Made by a program: the position numbers and the translations under genes
From: Octopus vulgaris
Lineage: Eukaryota
Direction of reading: 5' to 3'
Length of the DNA: 64,000 bases
Assembly: GCA_951406725.2 (NCBI GenBank)
Contig: OX597828.1
Coordinates: forward strand, 20,956,001 to 21,020,000
The notes under the pieces: generated by a model
Databases searched by the model: none
What the model was told of the DNA's origin: nothing
The model's input: the letters and a program-made list of their open reading frames with translations, nothing else
In this document: positions 1 to 11,845 of the stretch, piece after piece
Layout of the letters: every line of letters begins with the position of its first letter
Position numbering within the stretch: the first letter of the stretch is position 1

Positions 1-80
1 CAGCATCTTTTTTTTTTTTTTTTTGGTTATTTTTAAAACAGGTGTTTTATTCATATGCAATAAAGAATACCTGGATTTCA

Positions 81-677
81 CATCATCATCATCATCGTTT
101 AACGTCTGTTTTCCATGCTAGCATGGGTTGGACAGTTCGACCAGGATCTGGAAAGCCAGGAGGCTACACCAGGCTCCAGTCTGATCTAGTAGTGTTTCTA
201 CAGCTCGATGTCCTTCATAATGCCAACCACTCCGTGAGTGTAGTGGGTGTTTTTTACGTGCCACCGGCATAGGGGCCATAGGAGGCTGGCAACGGCCATG
301 ATCGGTTGGTGCTTTTTAAGCGCCACCGGCACGGAAGCCAGCCAAGGCGGCGCTGGCATCAGCCACGTTCGGATGGTGCTTTTTACATGCCACCAGCACG
401 GGTATCACAACTACAATTTCCATTTGATTTTTATTTTGATGTTGATGTACTTGACTCAATAGGTCTCCTCAAGCACAGCAGGTCACCCTACGATCCAAGG
501 TAAGCACAGCAGGCCGTCCTGCCATCCAAGGTACTTTGAATGGGCTGGGGCTGGTTGTGTGAAGCTGGTGTAGGATACAGCCATGAACTCACTTTATTTG
601 TCGGGTCCTCGCAGTCACAGCATATTTCCAGAGGTCTCGGTCTTTCGTCATTGCCTCTGTGAGGCTCGACATTCGAT
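81..677 (-). mobile_element. 5'-truncated RTE-clade LINE 3' end (ORF C-terminus, 3' UTR, (GAT)n tail)
   Basis: Minus strand encodes ...LTEAMTKDRDLWKYAVTARTRQIK*, an RTE-type C-terminus. It is followed by a UTR with repeated GGTGGCACGTAAAAAGCACC units and a GTTAAACGATGATGATG tail; the same tail recurs near 3030, 6810, 7190, 7930 and 8235. Confidence 0.75.
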
Positions 678-683
678 ACATTT

Positions 684-715
<32 letters not shown>

Positions 716-1050
716 ATATATTATATATATTATATATATACATATATAAAATTTGATTTTAATCAAAACCTTCACAAGTCAGTATGAGTCATGGTGGCTC
801 AATCTGCTAGAAATAGCAATCAAACCCATCCCCACCCCATCCCCACCTCTTGCAAATCATCTGTGGTCAGGTGATTAGCTCTGACCCTTGGCAGCTAGGC
901 AGAGTTTGAACTCAGAAAGCAGAGAGCCTGGACAGATGTTGTGAGATGCTTTGCCTAACATTCCAATAATTCTGCTAATCCACCCAGGATTAGTACTTAG
1001 GGTTGACCCATGAAAGAATAAAAGACACAGCTGACTTCAGTACAATTTGA

Positions 1051-1443
1051 ACTGGCAGAAATGTTAGCATGCAGGGCAAAATGCTTAGCGATATTTCATC
1101 TGTCTTTATGTTCTGAGTTCATATTCCGCCGAGGTCGACTTTGCCTTTCATCCTTTCGGGGTCGATAAATTAAGTACCAGTTACGCATTGGGGTCGATGT
1201 AATCGACTTAATACCTATGTCTGTCCTTGTTTGTCCCCTCTGTGTTTAGCCCCTTGTGGGTAAAAAAGAAATAGGTATTTCATCTGTCTTTATGTTCTGA
1301 GTTCATATTCCACTGACGTCAGCTTTGCCTTTCATCCTTTCAGGGTCGATAAATTAAGTACCAGTTGTGTACTGGGGGTCAATCTAAAGTACTGCCCCAC
1401 CTCCCCCAAAATTTCAGGCCTTGTGCCTAGAATAGAAAAGAAT
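1051..1443 (+). mobile_element. SINE family B, partial tandem copy
   Basis: Body GTTCTGAGTTCA(A/T)ATTCC...GTCGACTTTGCCTTTCATCCTTTCGGGGTCGATAAATTAAGTACCAG occurs twice; tail ...AGCCCCTTGTGGGTAAAAAAGAAATAGG. Confidence 0.85.
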
Positions 1444-1744
1444 ATAACTTTTGTCAATTTGCTACCTACAAATTTTAATAATGGTTACTAATTTAGGCAC
1501 AAGACCAGAAATTTTGAAGGGAGGGGTAGTCAGTCAATAACATCAACCCCAGGACTTTGTTTTATCAACCCTGAAGGGATAAAGACAAAAGTTGATGTAG
1601 GATTTGAACTCAGAACGCTAAAGCTAGAACAACTACCACAATGTATTTAAGCACCAGTAATACACTTTGGTTACTTCAACAGATGCTACACTTATCTTTA
1701 AACAAATTCGCCTAAAGAATCCATCAAGGGAGCATTTAAAAAAA

Positions 1745-1973
1745 TTTTTTTATTGCCTACAGGGGGCTATGCATAGAGGGGACAAACAAGGACAGACAAA
1801 GGGATTAAATCGATTACATCGACCCCAGTGCATAACTTGTATTTATTTAATCAACCCCGATACAATGAAAGGCAAAGTCGACCTCTGTGGAATTTGAACT
1901 CAGAATGTAACACCAGAAGAAATACCACTAAGCATTTCACCCAGCATTCTAACGATTCTGACAGCTCACCGCC
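1745..1973 (-). mobile_element. SINE family B
   Basis: Reverse complement of the family B head, body and tail. Confidence 0.8.
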
Positions 1974-2589
1974 CTTGGTGGCCCTTTATCCCAGGGGTTC
2001 CCAACCATTTCTGCTCATGGATCCTTTGATTTTCATTTTACTGTATGGGACCTCCATAACCGTTCAGTGTATATACAAAACATTCCAGTGTAATTTTATA
2101 ATAAATGATATTAGGAATATTACAGGTGCAGGTGTGGTTGTGTGGCAAGAAGCTTGCTTTCCAATCACACGGTTCAGGGTTCAGTCCCACCGCATGGCAC
2201 CATGGGCAAGTGTCTTCTACTACAGCCTCGGGCCAACCAAAGCCTTGTGTGTGGATTTGGTAGGTGAAAACTGAACAGGATGATATTAATGAGAGAAGGC
2301 TAAAGATGCCCACTGATCTTTGCTTCTCTAAAACATTGTTCTTTTATAAACTGTGTTACACCTTGGGCAAGTGGATATGGTTGAGAGAAACTGAAAGAAG
2401 CCTGTCACACGTGCACGTGCATGTGTGTATGTGTGTGTGTGTAAGTATGTGTGTGTGTGTAAGTATGTGTGTGTGAGCACGTGTACCATTGTCTTGGCAT
2501 CATGTGGTGGTTATAACCAAGAATCACCATCATATAAGTAAAATTGTCTATTTGCAGACTTCCACGATAAACATGTCTGGTCAAATATA

Positions 2590-3050
2590 TATTTGGCATG
2601 GTACAGCCGCATAAAGAAGTGCTGAGCTCGAACTGTGGAAGGTACCTGTGAAAGGGGTAGACACAGGGAGATGTAGGACAAAGTGGTGAGAAAGGATCTT
2701 CAAACGCTGGGCCTCACTGGAGAAATGGCAAGGAATCGGGAGATGCGGTGATAAGATGCATCAAACTAAGTAAAATCGTTGTCTTCCACTTATAGGATTG
2801 TCCTTTCAGGTGTGGGTGCCACATAAAAAGCACCCATGCTGATGGGTAAATGCACCCATGCTGGTGGCACTTAAAAAGCACCTAGCACACTCTGCTGAGT
2901 GGTTGGTGCTAGGAAGGGCATCGAGCCATAGAAACCATGCCACAACAGACAGTTGGAATCTGGACAGCTCCCTTTGCTAGCCAACACCATGTCAAACCGT
3001 CCAACCCATGCCAGCATGGAAAGAGGACACTAAACAGTGATGATGATGAT
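2590..3050 (+). mobile_element. Degenerate RTE LINE 3' end
   Basis: Translates to VEGTCERGRHREM*DKVVRKDLQTLGLTGEMARNREMR (RTE-like RGRPxxxW...D region); same UTR and (GAT)n tail as 81-677. Confidence 0.65.
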
Positions 3051-4469
3051 GAACAACAATGAGGATGATGAACAATAATGATGACAATGAATGATGAGGA
3101 TAAAGATGAATGATGATGGTGATGAACGATAATGATGATGATAATGAACAATAATGATGATGATCGATGATGATGACGATGATAATGATGAATATGAATG
3201 ATGATGAACGATGGGTGATGATGAACGATAAAGATGATGATGATGATCAATGGTGATGAATGATGATGATGACGATGAACACTGAAGATGAACGATGATG
3301 GTGATGATCGATGATCGGAAACAAGTAAAAGTTGACGACAGGAGGGTCAACCAGCCGTAGACAATCCGCCTCAAACAACCGTCACAAGACCCATACAAGC
3401 ATGGAAAAGCAGACATTCATTTTTGATGATGACGTTCTTGCCTCTAGTCAAAAACCTTGTTCTTAGATCAAATCTTACTGGCAGAGTTATCTTCCCTTCC
3501 CATACATCCGGCATCAATCAAAATATCTTCTAGCAACTCTATAAACTCTCTTTACAAAAAATTGGCCTTCTGCCTAGCAAAGAAACCATTATGCAAAGTA
3601 AAAGAAACAGCATGACATGTGTTGATGTAGAAGAACGGATGGAACCTCTGTCGGTTTCAGTGATTAGTATTCCATTCGCTCAACCAACTGAACTGCCTGT
3701 ATATTGAATTGTAATCTATGTGGATGAGCATCCCACAGAGAGCTAACACTCACATGCTACAAGAGGATTTTAGTGCCCCCTACAGGGATCATCTGACCAA
3801 TGAGTGATTGTATGGAAACTGTCAAGAATCTTTCATACATCCTGGATTTACGGTTCTATATTCCTGGCTCCTCATCGGTTATGATGACGGGTGTTCCTGT
3901 TGATCCGATCGACGGATCAGCCTGCTCGTGAAATTAACATGCAAGTGGCTGAGTACTCCACAGACATGCGTACTGTTATCAAATTTCTAGGGAGATTCAG
4001 TGTAACATCGAATGTGTCGAGGTCAGCCCTTTAAATTACAAATATGACTCAATTTTGCCAGCTGAGTGGATGGGAGCAACAGGAGGTAAAGAATCTTACT
4101 CAAGGACAGAATGTGCATCCATTTTGTAAGACCTTCTTCACTTAAAACATTTCAAAACATGAAGCAATTGATGAAAATATTTCACTATATATATGGTCAG
4201 AACACACACACAAACACACATACACAATGTGTTTCTTTTTATTTTGCATCTATCAAAGAAATCTACTCACAAGGCATTGGTCAGCCTGGGCCTATAGTAT
4301 AAGGCCCTTATCCTAAGTGTCATAGAATGCGACTGACCCTGGAACCACATAGTTGTGAAGCAAACTTCTTTATCCCCTACCCCCTACATACATAAATATA
4401 TATATATGGAATGGCGTTATTCATAATGCTAACCATTTTTCATGCTTTAGCCATTTATTATTATTATTT

Positions 4470-4813
4470 CAATTGCAGCGTGGAAGGTGTTTATAAGCCA
4501 TTTAAGAAACACACAAAAGCCGTTCGATTCACTTCAACATTTAAGTTTAATTTGTCAAAATATTTTCGTCGCTAAAATCCGCGACCTGTTCACTGACAAA
4601 AATCCGTGCTGCATCTCTTGATTTTTGTCAGTGAACAGGTCGCGGATTTTAGCGACGAAAATATTTTGACAAATTAAACTTAAATGTTGAAGTGAATCGA
4701 ACGGCTTTTGTGTGTTTCTTAAATGGCTTACAAACACCTTCCACGCTGCAATTGTTTTCGTTTCAGCACACGATCTCAGATCAAATTACTTGCTATGCGA
4801 GTACATCTCCGTA
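4470..4813. mobile_element. Penelope-like element remnant in inverted (fold-back) pseudo-LTR arrangement
   Basis: 135-bp inverted arms 4470-4604 and 4620-4754 with one mismatch and a 15-nt spacer; each arm holds a minimal hammerhead motif, as in Penelope-like pseudo-LTRs. Class assignment is inferred from this architecture. Confidence 0.65.
4624..4673 (+). ncRNA. Minimal type I hammerhead ribozyme motif, G3-C8 variant (mirror copy at 4551-4600 on minus strand)
   Basis: Helix I TTTGTCA/TGACAAA; core GTGAACA; one extra G; helix II GTCGC-ggatttta-GCGAC; GAA; palindromic helix III AATATT; U17 at 4666. Confidence 0.65.
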
Positions 4814-5909
4814 ATATTATTATTTCTTTTTGTATTAAACACACAACTTTCTTCCTGGATGTCATCTAACATTGATTTTCGTCCACTATTTTCATTTTCA
4901 CTTTTTCCTAATTATTAATGATTACGTAGTTGTTAATAGTGTAAATTAAAGCACAAACCCCTTTCATTCATGTCTGTAAAAAGCATAAATTATTTAGCGA
5001 TGTCAAGTTATATAAAAGTGCTTTCTTTTCCGATCTAACTTTCTACAAAGAAATGAGAAACTATATATAACTTCCGAAATGTATATCGGATCAATGTTTT
5101 TACCATCAACACACGTATACTCTACTAAAGTTACCTTACAACCCTGCACTTTTGATATGCTTAACCCCTTTTGCTCTAAATTTCATTGTTGCCCTTATTT
5201 CCTTTACTTAACTTTAATCATTATTTAGCTCATTTTGTTTATCCTTATGGTATATATTTCGCAAAATTTGCCTCTTCCTTACGAGGCACACATCAAAAGA
5301 GCGTCACCAACTTTATGTATGAATCGCGCGCATGTGCAAAGAAATTTCAACACAGCTATTGCTTGCGAATTGTAACCATTCCTACCATTCTTCAGGAATT
5401 TGACTGTCTTTGTATCGAATTGACCTCACCAAAGCGTTCCAACCCTAAATTCTAAAAACGTCGACCAAATAATGTACATCATTAATTATATTAGATTTTA
5501 TTGAATGTTATTTTATTGCATCAGCGATAAGCAAAATAATCAGACCGTCAACCATTGGTTTTCAAAAGGTTCTTGTTTCAGACCATAAACTCTTGAATTC
5601 CATGTCAAGTTCCATTTCAAGAGTAAAAAAATTCCTCTTCCACATTAGTTTGTATTAGTTGTCTAACGAAGCAGAGTATATAGGGTGCGTCAGCTATTTG
5701 AAAAATGTTTACCTTACGGTAAACAAAAATATCAGAAAAGCCAACAGACGTGGTTCTATGGTAAGAAGCTTGCTTCCCAACCACATGACTCTTGGTTTAG
5801 TCCCAATGCGTGGCACCTTAGGCCAGTATCTTTTACTATAGCCTTGGGCTGACCAAAGCCCTGTGAGTGGATTCTGTAGACGGAAACTGAAAGAAGCCCA
5901 TCATATATA

Positions 5910-5970
<61 letters not shown>

Positions 5971-6012
5971 ACACACACACACACAAGACTTACGGAATGG
6001 AATAAGATAAGA

Positions 6013-6110
6013 TCCAAGATACATATGTTTCATAGCAAGCGTAACCTCAGAAGTGGTAAAAATCCAAGCAAGGTGTATACCACTGGCTACTCTTCAGGAT
6101 TGCTTGAAGC
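6013..6110 (-). ncRNA. Degenerate hammerhead-like motif in a small insert within a (TA)/(CA) tract
   Basis: Minus strand: CTGAAGA (6097-6091), helix II GTAGC/GCTAT with inner AGTGGTA/TACCACT helix, GAA, palindromic helix III ACATATGT, A17; helix I is poor. Confidence 0.45.
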
Positions 6111-6280
6111 TAACTTTCTTCCTACATCTTGATCCCTGGATCTTACATATATATATGTGTGTGTGTGTGTATGTTTGCTCCCTATCACTGCTTGACAACC
6201 CATGCTGGTGTGTTTATTATTGCTAACTTAGCAGTTCAGTAAAAAAGACTGATAAAATATCAAGCTTAAAAAAAGTAGCC

Positions 6281-6835
6281 CATCGGACACACAAAGACCT
6301 GTTGAGGCAAGCGAAGTCGATATCGAACCTCATCCGACGACAGGCACCTATGCTATGCTTGCGAAGACCTGTTGGGGCAAGTGAAATCGGAATCAAAATT
6401 GAACCAATCCTATGACTGGCACCTGGCAGATGCCAGGACCCCTGGACTGGAGATACGTAAAAAGCACTATCCGAATCGTGGCCGATGCCAGCACAGCCTC
6501 AACTGGCTTCCGTGTCGGTGGCACGTAAAAAGCACCATCCGAATCGTGGCCGAAGCCAGTGCCGCCTCGACCGGCTTCCATGCAGGTGGCACGTAAAATG
6601 CACCAATCCAACCGTGGCCGATGCCAGCCTCGCCTGGCTCCAGTGCAGGTGGCACGTAAAAAGCACCCACTACACTCACGGAGTGGTTGGCATTAGGAAG
6701 GGCATCCAGCTGTAGAAACATTGCCAGATAAGACCGGAGCCTGGTGCAGCCTTCTGGCTTCCCAGATCCCCGGTCGAACCATCCAACCCATGCTAGCATG
6801 GAGAACGGACGTTAAAGGATGATGATGATGATGAT

Positions 6836-6837
<2 letters not shown>
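6281..6837 (+). mobile_element. RTE LINE 3' UTR with tandem ~65-nt units and (GAT)n tail
   Basis: Three to four units ending CACGTAAAAAGCACC, then GTTGGCATTAGGAAGGGCATCCAGCTGTAG...CCAACCCATGCTAGCATGG...GTTAAAGGATGATG. Related copies lie at 6909-7208, 7819-7960 and 8040-8284. Confidence 0.75.
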
Positions 6838-6875
<38 letters not shown>

Positions 6876-6879
6876 TACG

Positions 6880-6910
<31 letters not shown>

Positions 6911-7280
6911 GCCAGTGGCACGTGAAAAACAACACTCGAGTGTGGTCGTTGCCTGAGCCACCAAACTGACTCCCGTCCAGGTAGCACCTATAAACACCTA
7001 TTGGGCGTGGTCATTGCCAGAACCGCCTGACTGGTCCTCATGCTGGTGGTACGTAAAAGTACCCACTACACTCTCAGAGTGGTTGGCGTTAGGAAAGGCA
7101 TCCAACTGTAGAAACTCTGCCAGATCAGATTGCAGCTCTGGCTGCAGTCCTCTCAAACCGTCCAACCCATGCCAGCATGGAACGCAGACGTTAAATGATG
7201 ATGATGATAATATATATACATATATATTATGTCATATGTAAACAAACATAAGTTTGTTTTTGAAGCATTGAAATGTTTTG

Positions 7281-7675
7281 TAGAACAAGCAGAAAGATAA
7301 ATATTTTCTCAATATGCAAATACTGAACAGTTTATATAATAGATAAAATCATTTTTAAGAGCAAATTTTTCTGCTCTTAAAAGGATTTTATCCTTTATAT
7401 ATACCGTTCAGTATTTATGTGTTGAAAAAAAATATATCATTCTACTTGTTCTATATACATACACACACACACACAGATAAATATATACATGCGTATAATA
7501 GGGATGACCACTAAGCGGACATCCAATATGCCAGAAGAAGATCACCTACAATCTAACCACAAAGAAAAGAATGTTCTTCAGAGAAATTCAGCAAACACCA
7601 GAACATAAGCGGGTAAGACAGATGAAAATATACAAAATACAGAATTCTGTGGTCATCCCTATTATACACATGTAT
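7281..7675. repeat. Two imperfect inverted repeats, probably old fold-back (Penelope- or MITE-like) remnants
   Basis: 7281-7453 is an imperfect palindrome with ~82-bp arms centred near 7367. ATACATGCGTATAATAGGGATGACCAC (~7485-7511) pairs with GTGGTCATCCCTATTATACACATGTAT (~7649-7675). Confidence 0.6.
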
Positions 7676-7776
7676 TACAATTTTTCTGAATTTTCATATT
7701 TTTCTATATGCTAGACTACTGGTTTTAAATTGATATTAATTAAATTAATATTCAATTTATCACCCTCATTATTCAA

Positions 7777-7818
<42 letters not shown>

Positions 7819-8246
7819 TAGGAAGGGCATCCAGCTGTAGAAACACTGCCAGATCTGACTGGCCTGGTGCAGCCTTCGGGCTCCCAGACCCCAGTTGAAC
7901 CGTCACCCATGCTAGCATGGAAAGCGGATGTTAAATGATGATGATGATGATGATGATGATATAATGGAAATTAAACGATGATGACGATATATATACATAT
8001 ATACATACATACACACACACATATGCCAAAACTGTAAAAACCATGCCAAAACTGACCCTGCCTGTGCTGGTGCCACATAAAAAGCACTTAGTCCACTCTG
8101 CTGAGTGGTTGGCATTTGGAAGGGCATCCAGCCATAAAAACTGTGTCAAAACAGAGAAAGTAACCTGGGGTAGTCTTCAACCTGGCTGGCTCCTGTCAAA
8201 CCATCCAACCCATGCCGGCATAGAAGATAGACATTAAATGATGATG

Positions 8247-8278
<32 letters not shown>

Positions 8279-8422
8279 GATGATCATAAAGAGTGAGCAA
8301 GCAATAGTAGATCAACAAAAGATACACTCTGAAAAGAAGAAAGATAAACCAGCGCTTTCAGACAAAAGTCTTTTGTGATATTTCTTCCATTTGTGATATT
8401 TATTCCAACAGAGTTGAGTGCA

Positions 8423-8476
<54 letters not shown>

Positions 8477-8589
8477 TCTTACTAACTGCAGTGAACAAGT
8501 GAATCATTTATTGGAAACCTGCAGCCAATGACAATATCACTCGCAAAGATGTGATATAAAACAGTGAAACAATCAAGAGGCAAATTTAA

Positions 8590-8597
8590 TACACACA

Positions 8598-8645
<48 letters not shown>

Positions 8646-9088
8646 TATACACAAACATATATATAAACAGACACACATATATACATACACACACACATAT
8701 ATACATACACACACACATATATACATACACACACATATATACACAAACACATATATAAACAGACACACATATATACATACACAAACACATATATAAACAG
8801 ACACACATATATACATACACAAACACATATATAAACAGACACACATATATACATACACAAACACATATATAAACAGACACACACATTTACATACACAAAC
8901 ACATATATACATACACACACACATATATACACAAACACATATATAAACAGACACACATATATACATACACAAACACATATATAAACAGACACACATATAT
9001 ACATACACAAACACATATATAAACAGACACACATATATACATACACAAACACATATATACATACACACACACATATATACACAGACAC

Positions 9089-9121
<33 letters not shown>

Positions 9122-9141
9122 TATATGTGTGTATATATATA

Positions 9142-9188
<47 letters not shown>

Positions 9189-9301
9189 GTGTGTATATAT
9201 ACACACATACACACACATATATATACACATATATATATATATATATACACACACATATATGTGTGTATATATATATATATACACACACACATATATGTGT
9301 G

Positions 9302-9346
<45 letters not shown>
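8590..9346. repeat. Compound (TA)n/(CA)n micro/minisatellite
   Basis: Recurrent ~38-bp unit ACATATATAAACAGACACACATATATACATACACAAAC within TA/CA tracts. Confidence 0.95.
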
Positions 9347-9348
<2 letters not shown>

Positions 9349-10109
9349 GCATTGCATACGAATAAACTACAGCGAAACTAGATTCGGAGAGAGAGAGAGA
9401 GAAAAGAAGGAAGAGTGAGAAAAACACCTGCATTTCACAGGTCAAAATAAGATCAAGGAAAAAGAAGAAGAAGAAAAAACCATGCATTATGGATACGAAT
9501 TATGAATGTAAAAATATCTTTCGAACAAACAAAGAAGGAAGAATACATGTTGCGTTTAGCATTGGAATTTGCATGGTGGAAAAGTTGCAATTGAAAAAAA
9601 TGCAGTTTTTGTACAAAATTTACACTTTAAACAGGTGCAGTTGAAATGCAAGCGTAATTCTGCATTTAGCTGATGAAATTACAATACAATAAGATGCATT
9701 TGGAATGACAAATGTAATTAAAAAGCAACATGTTATATTGTGTTCTTTCTTTCAGATAAGCAATTAAGATGCAAAAAAAGAAGCGAAAATCAAGTGATTG
9801 CATTTTATCAGATGAAGTTAGGGTTAGAAAATGCATTACGACATGAGGTTGGGGTGCAATAAATATGCATTTAAAACTGCACCAGAGATATTAGAAGAAG
9901 AAGAAAAATTAAATCCAACGTTTTTAATATGTTGGTGCGGTTGTAAGGTAAGACGTATGCTTCTCAATCACAGGATGTCAGGCTCAACCCCAGTGTGTGT
10001 TACCTTGGGCGAGTGTCTTCTACTAAAGCCCTGGGCTGATCAAACAAAGCCTTGCGAGTGGATTTGGTAGACAAACTGAAAAAAGTACATTTTGCTTGTA
10101 TAGTTATGT

Positions 10110-10370
10110 TCCTAACACTAGCTTAATGATAACGGAGTTATTTTGCTAAATTCTTAGTTATATTTTAAATTAATTGAAAGAAACACAGAGAATCTCAGCA
10201 GAAATATAGTAACAAAAGGGTTAAAATATCTTATCAAAATTTCATGTTAATTTAAGATTTCAAACACGAGCTTAATACTAACAAAATTATTTTACTAAAT
10301 TCACGATTTTCTAAATTAAGTGAAATAAAAGCAGTGTATTTCAGCAGGAATATGGTAACGAAAGAGTTAG
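10110..10370. mobile_element. Two tandem degenerate piggyBac-like element ends
   Basis: Two similar ~145-bp units ending GTAACAAAAGGGTTAA and GTAACGAAAGAGTTAG (GGG-TTAA-type terminus). Confidence 0.4.
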
Positions 10371-10469
10371 ATGAAATTATCTTTAGCTGTCCATTGTACA
10401 TTGATGTTGAAAGTTCTTGTTCCGTATTCACCTCCAGCAGGTTTGTCTTGCAAAGGCATTCACGCTAGA

Positions 10470-10957
10470 GGGGTTAAGCTGGCTCCTATTGAGTTTACCA
10501 AGTCATGGGTCAAAGTGGTCGATGCATGTCTGTTGGCAGCCAATTCAGCATCGTGCTGAAGCCATTCCCAGTTCCATTGATAAACGCCAAAAAATCGAGG
10601 TCTGGAAATGAGCTCCATATCTGTTTTCAATGTTGTGTGTCATGTCTTCAGCTGACCACTTCTCTGCTTATGCCAACCCAGAGGAGAATCTGGTGCTATT
10701 GCCTTCCGGACAAGTTTGTCATGTAGGCATTGCAATGCCTCACCAAACCACCATTGTCTGCTCATCAGAAGAGTTCCGTCAAGAGGTGAGAGACTGCAGT
10801 GAGCGTAAAGTTGTGAGTACGAAATGCAGTCTGAGATATGCAATCAGAGAAGACGATGAGTACAGAGGCATTTGAAGACCTCCAGCTTCTGGAGATCAGC
10901 AACATGTATTCGCCAGGCCTCACAACCATAGAGGAGAACAGTTCAGACAAGCGCCTG
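10470..10957 (-). mobile_element. Degenerate RTE LINE ORF C-terminus
   Basis: Minus strand reads TVLLYGCEAWRIHVADLQKLEVF...RQWWFGEAL...GWHKQRSGQLKT*HTTLKTDMELISRPRFFG..., with in-frame stops. Confidence 0.8.
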
Positions 10958-11845
10958 GTAAATACAACATTTTATCGCAAGGCGGATCTCCTGACATGAC
11001 CACAAGCACCTATGAACACACAACAAAACAAAACATCTCTGGCAGGTTTGTATGTGGGTAGCAAAAAGAAAAGAGAGGTAGAAGAGTAGGACTTGCTCCA
11101 AGCAGATTCCCAGAGAATGAATGCATAATGGTACTTCATCATCCTCTTTGGCACTCCTGTTTGTTTACTGGTTTCAGTCATTCAAAATGTGGCCATGCTG
11201 GAGCAGGCATTGATTTGTAATGTAATAATTAATTATATTAACTTCCCAGTACTTATTTTAATTGATCTCAGAAGGATGAAAGATAAAGTGGGTTTCAGCA
11301 CGAATTATGCCCTGATTATAAAGGGATTTCCGAAGAACATTTTGTCCTTCAACCTACCCATTCTGCCATCCTCCTACTCGGCTGCTTGAAATAGCAGCCA
11401 AAACATTCCTCAGTATAATATCAAGATGTCCATATGTTTACAGTATTGGTTTCTAGGGTAGCCCCTTAACATGGTCTACTGGATATAGCACTTCTAGTCT
11501 TTCAACCAGTTCCAGTAGCTATAGTAGCCTTATGTGAATCCTCAATCTGTTCCAATAGATAGACATAACAGCCTTGTGTAGATTCATAACATGTACTTGA
11601 TTGAGGGAACCAAAGGGCAAACCAGATGAGGACTGGTAACTGATAGTCCACCTCTTCATTACTTGGCAACCTGTATTGATTTATGTCCCAGTGACTTAGC
11701 AGTTCAGTAAAAGACTGACAAAATAAGTGTCAGACTTTAAAAAATAAGTACTGAGGTTCATTTGTCCAACTAAAAACTCGTCGAGGTGGTGTCCCAGTAT
11801 GGCCACAGTCCAATCACTGAAACAAGTAAAAGACAAAGAATGATA

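Noticed and set aside
6421-6670. CRISPR-like repeat-spacer array
   Set aside because: The intervening segments are homologous to each other, the context is a eukaryotic LINE UTR, and there are no cas genes.
8424-8491. Plus-strand (CT)n, TACTAAC and CAG acceptor
   Set aside because: The branch point is only about 5 nt from the AG and no good donor follows; the minus-strand reading is more coherent.
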